Of a DNA stretch of 64,000 nt, positions 58,786 through 64,000 are shown piece after piece (the first letter of the stretch is position 1; every line of letters begins with the position of its first letter). This DNA comes from Alphaproteobacteria bacterium (GTDB lineage Bacteria > Pseudomonadota > Alphaproteobacteria > GM7ARS4 > G965262615): positions 480,001 to 544,000 of the forward strand of contig OZ253545.1 of assembly GCA_965262615.1 (NCBI GenBank). The letters are read 5' to 3'. Below the pieces are notes generated by a model. It had not been told where the DNA came from. It searched no databases and worked only from the letters and a program-made list of their open reading frames with translations. A program made the translations under genes and the position numbers.

Positions 58786-59118
58786 TATGCCCTCCTTTGC
58801 TGTTAATCTTGAACCAAATACTAGATATTATATGTTGCTGGAACAAAATGTCAATATCTTGTGGTGAATATTTTGTATTGCAAATCCGATGGCGTGGCAA
58901 TGACTCAATCTTGTTTTTTCTTGTTTGTGGGCGTATAGTGACGGTGCAAAAGTTACCATAGTCTGATTTCTGCGCGAGCAGAGGTCGGGTTACCTGCTGA
59001 ATACAAGACCTAATGGCGAAATAGGGGAATAGGCAGGTGTCTCACGCTGCGTTGTGTGTTACACGCGGTGCGGCAGGGATCTTACGGTGGCCCGACGCTG
59101 TCATCACATAACAAAATC

Positions 59119-59217
59119 ATGTTCGGCGGACGCGCCATCGGCTGGCGCACCTCAGTCATTCAGCGATGGATTGATAGCCGTATACATACGGATGGTGAGA
59201 AGCAAAAATTATATTGA
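59119..59217 (+). pseudogene. AlpA-family excisionase/regulator C-terminal remnant
   Basis: FGGRAIGWRTSVIQRWIDSR resembles the AlpA G.RAVGW..SEV..WI motif; N-terminal HTH part not recognisable. Confidence 0.6.
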
Positions 59218-59246
59218 AAATGTCCCTACCTAAAGACAGAGTGTAG

Positions 59247-60698
59247 TCAGAGACCCTCTTCTGCAACAATGCGCTCTGCCAGTGAGAGAGCCTCATATTC
59301 ATTGTTGGAGTGATTGAAAATCATCGCCACAATTTTTCTTCCATTAGAATTAGGGTGCCTCCCCTCCATTTTAATGGGCACACTAAAGTTGTTGCTGACT
59401 AATTTTTTCAAATGACGAGTCTCTTCACACATAGGCAAGTGAGCTGAATTGATTTTTGCATGAAAGTCTTCTATCTGAGACTCCAATTTTTTTCTCAAGT
59501 CACCCTCAATCAAACCTTTTTCAATAAGGTTCATACAGCCAATAAAATAGGAAGCTCTCTTTTCAAAGTTACGCAACATATTGCGCTCTGAAGATTTGGA
59601 ACGACATAGACGCGCAATAGCCCTACCGTTAAGCTTAAGTCTGCTTACAAGCTCTCTATAAAAAGCGTTATTTTCGAAATTATCGCGGCTACCGTTTGGG
59701 ACAAGCCGTTCATCAATAATATGAATTTCACCAACACACCAGCTATTGAACCGTTCCTCAGGAAAAATGTCCAATAGAATTCTATTATCACCTACCTGTA
59801 TGTTTCCACAACGGATTCGCAATCCAGCAATGCTTTGATTATGCTGTAGTGAGCCAAAGTAATTATGATGAGCGATCCAACCCACCGCCGCTAATTGGTC
59901 GCCATGACCCGGAATTTTTATTGTTTCCAGTTCCGTAAAGGAATCTTTCAATTGAGAAGAAAGAGAAAACTTATTACGAAACGGACGACAAATTGGCTCT
60001 TCTGAGTCATTCAGGTAAATTGAAATTCCACTGACATCAACATGAGGAGATAAAAATTCATTTATATCACGATGAAATTTGAATTCAGAAGCAAAGGGCA
60101 CTGGCGCGATTTGCTCCAAAAATTTCTTGACTGCATCCTCATTGAGTAGAATGTCATTGCCGTGGCGGATGACATCATGCAAAGTAACTTGAAAGAAAGA
60201 TTCATCTGAAGGGTCGCAAGATTCTTGAGAAAAAGAAGTGGCTTTTTTTACAAGGCTTAAAGCATCAATGCTATCATCGCTTGACATAAGAAGCTTACTA
60301 AAATGGACAACATCCCAATCAAAATTGCTTATTTGACCCTCACCAGCCGCCTTTGTCTTGAAGGATAGACGCTTGCAATAACCAATTCCAGAAAGCCTCC
60401 CAATTCCCCAAAGCCCACGCGATGACACCATATATTTTTTTGAGCTGCATCCAAGCCCCGTCATACAGGAAAGGAAATTTGCATTGGTAATTCCGCTCCC
60501 ATTGTCCCTAATGCTTACCATGCGCTCTGATTGATCAATAAAAATATCTATGCGAGGCTCAAAACGGTTATTGTCCTTACGAGCATCATCAACGGAGTCA
60601 GCAGCGTTTTGGATATACTCTCTGTAAAGCAGGAGAGGATTGCCATACATAGCTGTTGTGACAAGGCGCAGGATATTTTTGCCGACACGAGCATTCAT
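59247..60698 (-). CDS. GHKL (HATPase; MORC/HtpG-like) ATPase
   Basis: YREYIQNAADS, IRDNGSG, RGLWGIGRL; S5-like second domain GEIH...L.PN.SRD.FE. Confidence 0.85.
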   Translation of the reverse strand: MNARVGKNILRLVTTAMYGNPLLLYREYIQNAADSVDDARKDNNRFEPRIDIFIDQSERMVSIRDNGSGITNANFLSCMTGLGCSSKKYMVSSRGLWGIGRLSGIGYCKRLSFKTKAAGEGQISNFDWDVVHFSKLLMSSDDSIDALSLVKKATSFSQESCDPSDESFFQVTLHDVIRHGNDILLNEDAVKKFLEQIAPVPFASEFKFHRDINEFLSPHVDVSGISIYLNDSEEPICRPFRNKFSLSSQLKDSFTELETIKIPGHGDQLAAVGWIAHHNYFGSLQHNQSIAGLRIRCGNIQVGDNRILLDIFPEERFNSWCVGEIHIIDERLVPNGSRDNFENNAFYRELVSRLKLNGRAIARLCRSKSSERNMLRNFEKRASYFIGCMNLIEKGLIEGDLRKKLESQIEDFHAKINSAHLPMCEETRHLKKLVSNNFSVPIKMEGRHPNSNGRKIVAMIFNHSNNEYEALSLAERIVAEEGL

Positions 60699-62272
60699 GA
60701 GTCATCGCTCTCTTCTGCAATGCCAGCATCTTCGACTCGCTCATCATCTGGCAATGACGGCAAGTCTTCGGCAACTTTAATCGCTTTCATTTTTTCCCAA
60801 ATATCCATCTCTTCTTGAGAACTTACCTTACGGTAGAAATGATGCAAGTCTCTAATTTTCTTATCAGCATGATTGAACAATCTTTCTTCACGCTCCTTAC
60901 TGTCTCTCGTATCAAGCGCGGATTTTAGATCGTCTTTTTGAGACGGTGATAATTTTGAAAAGTGAGTACAAAATTCATCATACTCTTCTCTGCCACCGTA
61001 TTGGGTGTACCATGCTCGATTAAAGGTATACACATGCGGCTGAAAAAGAAGGTCTTCAAAATCATCATAGCTATCACCAAAGGCTGTTTTGAAAAACGCA
61101 GGATTGCCACTCACAATGCCATGGGTTGCTTGCAGGATAATTTGCATGGAGCGTAGCCAGTAAATGTTCCATTTTTCCCCGACATAACGGCGGTGAGGCT
61201 GATTGGTGGGCTGATAGCGCATAGGAAAGGAAAAAATCCTGATTCCTAACTCTTCATTGAGAGCCACATTGAGGCGCATCCGAGCAAAAAGGTCTTGAGG
61301 GCTATCGTGGAAATTATAAAGCATATAATTTGAAAGCTCAGTAATGCCAGCATCAAAGGCATAGCGGACCGCTTGTTCATAGGGTTTGCGTAATCCTCCA
61401 TGATCAAAGGCAATGCGTAATGGCTTAATGCAAATGGTTGCCATTTCCTGTAGAAAATGAGGTGATTTGCAAAGAATACGGGCATCCACGCCTTGATTAA
61501 AGTCCACACGGCGTTGTAATGAGCGTCCATTTCTTTTTAGTTTTGCACCCGCTTGAAATCCAAGATCGCGTATTTCAGCTATAATTTCCTTATAGCGTGG
61601 GGCAGCTGTGACATTGTTGTCCATCAAAATGAGGTCTTTCTTCTCGCCGTAGAGCTCAGCTACGCCATCAATAATGCGGCTCAATGATTGCGTTTCGCGC
61701 AAATCCCCTTCTAGTTTCGGAACACCACAAAAAGAACATTTACGAGTACAGCCCCGAGAAGCATAGGTGAAATAAGCATCCGATACAGGATATTGATAGT
61801 CAATGTGGTCAAGAATGCTGTAATCAGGGACATGGTCTTCAATGGGCGTTCCTTCTGTGTCATCGGCATAAAGGTCATTGGAAAAATGATCCAGCTGCAA
61901 TGAGGTTGCCGGATCCTTATCCAAAAGACCTTGAATAAAGCGCACGCCACTCCAGCGTGGCTCATCGGTGAATCGCTCGCGCATGAGAGAGGCGGCAATG
62001 CCGCCGACAAAAACCTTGTCAGCATTGCCACCAACCGCCTTGAGAGCAAAGTCTATGGATGCCGCAATGCGTTTATACTCAAAAGAAAAAAGGGTCGTGA
62101 TATAAATGCGATCCCAATGTTTTTGCAACACGCTTTCATCCTCTCCCTTGATAAAGCACACATGGTCATTTTTGCCTCGCTCACCGTGATACTGAGCAAT
62201 TTTCATGAGCCCCAACGGCGGATACTTGTTTTTATAGCCGGGCTCAATCAGCAAGATGTTTTTACCAGACAT
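60695..62272 (-). CDS. radical SAM protein with N-terminal cobalamin-binding-like domain
   Basis: ILLIEPGYKNKYPPLGLMKIA, VFVGGIAAS, SRGCTRKCSFC (CxxxCxxC), LMDNN, VDFNQGVDAR; start set at MSGK. Confidence 0.85.
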   Translation of the reverse strand: MSGKNILLIEPGYKNKYPPLGLMKIAQYHGERGKNDHVCFIKGEDESVLQKHWDRIYITTLFSFEYKRIAASIDFALKAVGGNADKVFVGGIAASLMRERFTDEPRWSGVRFIQGLLDKDPATSLQLDHFSNDLYADDTEGTPIEDHVPDYSILDHIDYQYPVSDAYFTYASRGCTRKCSFCGVPKLEGDLRETQSLSRIIDGVAELYGEKKDLILMDNNVTAAPRYKEIIAEIRDLGFQAGAKLKRNGRSLQRRVDFNQGVDARILCKSPHFLQEMATICIKPLRIAFDHGGLRKPYEQAVRYAFDAGITELSNYMLYNFHDSPQDLFARMRLNVALNEELGIRIFSFPMRYQPTNQPHRRYVGEKWNIYWLRSMQIILQATHGIVSGNPAFFKTAFGDSYDDFEDLLFQPHVYTFNRAWYTQYGGREEYDEFCTHFSKLSPSQKDDLKSALDTRDSKEREERLFNHADKKIRDLHHFYRKVSSQEEMDIWEKMKAIKVAEDLPSLPDDERVEDAGIAEESDDS

Positions 62273-62279
62273 AGCCTTA

Positions 62280-63260
62280 TCAAGGTTCTTTCGCAAGAAA
62301 ATCATCCACTCGCTGTAAAGCGCGCTTGATCTTTCTGACGATAGGGGCACATTTATTGCGCTCTTGTTTTTGCATATCGGAATCCAGTGGCGCATTTGAC
62401 AAGCGGGAATTGACGCTTTTTAATGTTTTTTCCAAGGGTGACCTTTGTGAAAGCTCATAAGCTTCATCCAATGAAATCTCTCCCTTGATTAATTTTTGCA
62501 ACATTTTCTTTTTTTCTATAATAGTAGGCATCTTATTTCTGAGATCTTGTGTAGAAAAAGGAGGGTCATTTTTTATTTCTTTCAAAAGATACTTCTTAAA
62601 ATCTGCATTAGAAGCCATCTCGCTTTTTACAGCGCGACGCAGCACAATACCTTCGTAGTAGTGGCTAAAATGGGGCTTTTTATTGTCCCCATTTTCACGC
62701 ATCATTTTTATTGTTTCGACATAATTTTGAAGTTCAGACTTGCTTAGAGAGAACCTTATAACCATTTCTTCATAAGAAATCTTCTCTTCTTCTATTCTCC
62801 TATAAAGCTTGCCAGCAAGTTCATACGGGTCCCAGGGTGTCTTTCCCTCGGAATGCTCGAGATCAAGAAAAGAATCTATCTGTCTTTCACTAATATCTGC
62901 TACTACTTTGCAGCGGATAGATTCCCATTTGTGGGGATCTTTTTGATAAAGCAGGCGGTAAGCTGCTAAGCGCGAATTCCCTTCAATCACTTCCTTCTTC
63001 TTAAAATTAACAAAGATTGGATTTATCAAGCCTCCATGCTTATTGATACTTCCAACCAATTTTTTCTTGACATGGCTCTCACCTTGCAATTTGTGTTCTA
63101 TAACGACCTGCAGTTGGTCGTAGGGCAATTTCCGCTCATCATCAGATATCGAAGAATACACACGGGGGTTGTCAGGCAAATACCTGAGCTCATTAACATC
63201 CATAGATTGAATTTCAAAAGGAATCTCATCACCCAGAATGTGTATGTAGCTATCACTCAT
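62280..63260 (-). CDS. ParB/Srx N-terminal domain protein
   Basis: DNPR, SI..HGGLINPI.V, VIEGNSRLAA, W.PYE motifs. Confidence 0.78.
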   Translation of the reverse strand: MSDSYIHILGDEIPFEIQSMDVNELRYLPDNPRVYSSISDDERKLPYDQLQVVIEHKLQGESHVKKKLVGSINKHGGLINPIFVNFKKKEVIEGNSRLAAYRLLYQKDPHKWESIRCKVVADISERQIDSFLDLEHSEGKTPWDPYELAGKLYRRIEEEKISYEEMVIRFSLSKSELQNYVETIKMMRENGDNKKPHFSHYYEGIVLRRAVKSEMASNADFKKYLLKEIKNDPPFSTQDLRNKMPTIIEKKKMLQKLIKGEISLDEAYELSQRSPLEKTLKSVNSRLSNAPLDSDMQKQERNKCAPIVRKIKRALQRVDDFLAKEP

Positions 63261-64000
63261 TTCAAAAAATCATCCTCTAAGGTCATTTTCAAGAAATTCT
63301 CCAAGTCCGATTTTACATCAAAATCAAATGACGCGTCAAACTCTTTTTGATTTTGATCCCCTTGTGCCAATTGAGCTGCTTGATGCTTTGCTTTAAGGAG
63401 ACGAGCCGTCCACAGGTCAATGGTTTGATCGGCGATGAGGTTATGGACAAAACAATGTTGCTCTTGTGAAATTCTGTGAATGCGGTCTTGTGCCTGCAAA
63501 TAATCATCCAAACTGAAACTCCGATCATAAAAAATCGCATGATTAGCCACCGTTAAGGTGAGTCCCTCTTTGGCTGAGCCGGGTGTGGCAATGAGAATTT
63601 GGCAATTCTTGTCGCCCTTGAATTTTTGCACGGCATGGTGGCGTTCATCCATTGTTTTTTTGCCATGAATTTTTGCAACGCCATAATGTTTCAGCTGACT
63701 TGCCAGCCAGTCTGCATTTTTGATGAAGCTTGTCCACACAATCACTTTTTCATTTTGCATGGTGATTGTGTCCACCATTTTTTGCAGTTCAACAAACTTA
63801 CATGGAATCTCATCGTATTTATCATCAAAAATAAAAGGATTGGATGCACACTGCACGAGGCGCAAAAGCCCCTTGAGAATGTTGTTAATTGTATCCAGCA
63901 GAATATCATCCATTCTGTACATGAATTCATCTCTGTATTGGCGATAGATTTCCTCCTGCCGTGGCGCAAGAGGCACTTTATGCTCCCTAATCGTCTTTGA
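63257..64000 (-). CDS. SNF2-family helicase, C-terminal part (open to the window edge)
   Basis: LLRL.Q.ASNP, KVIVWTSF, EGLTLT.AN..IFYD, QAQDRIHRISQ, TID; no in-frame stop before 64000. Confidence 0.9.
   Translation of the reverse strand, partial: SKTIREHKVPLAPRQEEIYRQYRDEFMYRMDDILLDTINNILKGLLRLVQCASNPFIFDDKYDEIPCKFVELQKMVDTITMQNEKVIVWTSFIKNADWLASQLKHYGVAKIHGKKTMDERHHAVQKFKGDKNCQILIATPGSAKEGLTLTVANHAIFYDRSFSLDDYLQAQDRIHRISQEQHCFVHNLIADQTIDLWTARLLKAKHQAAQLAQGDQNQKEFDASFDFDVKSDLENFLKMTLEDDFLK

Noticed and set aside
58860-59110. Possible ncRNA or cobalamin riboswitch in the intergenic gap
   Set aside because: No conserved riboswitch boxes or convincing structure seen; better explained as decayed mobile DNA
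62273-62395. Longer radical SAM start at 62395
   Set aside because: It would overlap the ParB-like gene by over 100 bp; the domain motif begins at MSGKNILL (62272)

Overview
Compact alphaproteobacterial-type chromosome segment (taxon inferred from gene order and protein style). Housekeeping blocks: nuoK-L-M-N-birA-coaX-rnj-mce, icd, an RND pair, an ABC importer, a corrin-ring (cobalamin) cluster, xseB-ispA joined to hopanoid genes (hpnD/E, shc, ispH, hpnN/M), phnW, tRNA-Leu(TAG)-tig-clpP, nnr, bioB, tkt and aldB-DUF779. From ~39.4 kb these are interrupted by small, visibly AT-richer islets: Fic plus a duplicated small gene, an SDH/ClpP-fold protease, DUF5678-like plus retropepsin, and TcmP-DUF5131. 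Three things stand out. (1) 52.9-57.0 kb: an array of single-gene cassettes separated by four copies of a hairpin-forming repeat that is the overlapping-stop junction of a PD-(D/E)XK gene and a convergent DNA methyltransferase. (2) 59.2-64 kb: a translationally coupled operon of SNF2 helicase, ParB-like protein, B12-type radical SAM and GHKL ATPase, a candidate DNA-modification/defence system, next to AlpA and GIY-YIG remnants. (3) Islets repeatedly flanked by a degenerate second copy of the upstream gene's 3' end, with no integrase in view. All family assignments come from motif recognition by eye, not database searches.
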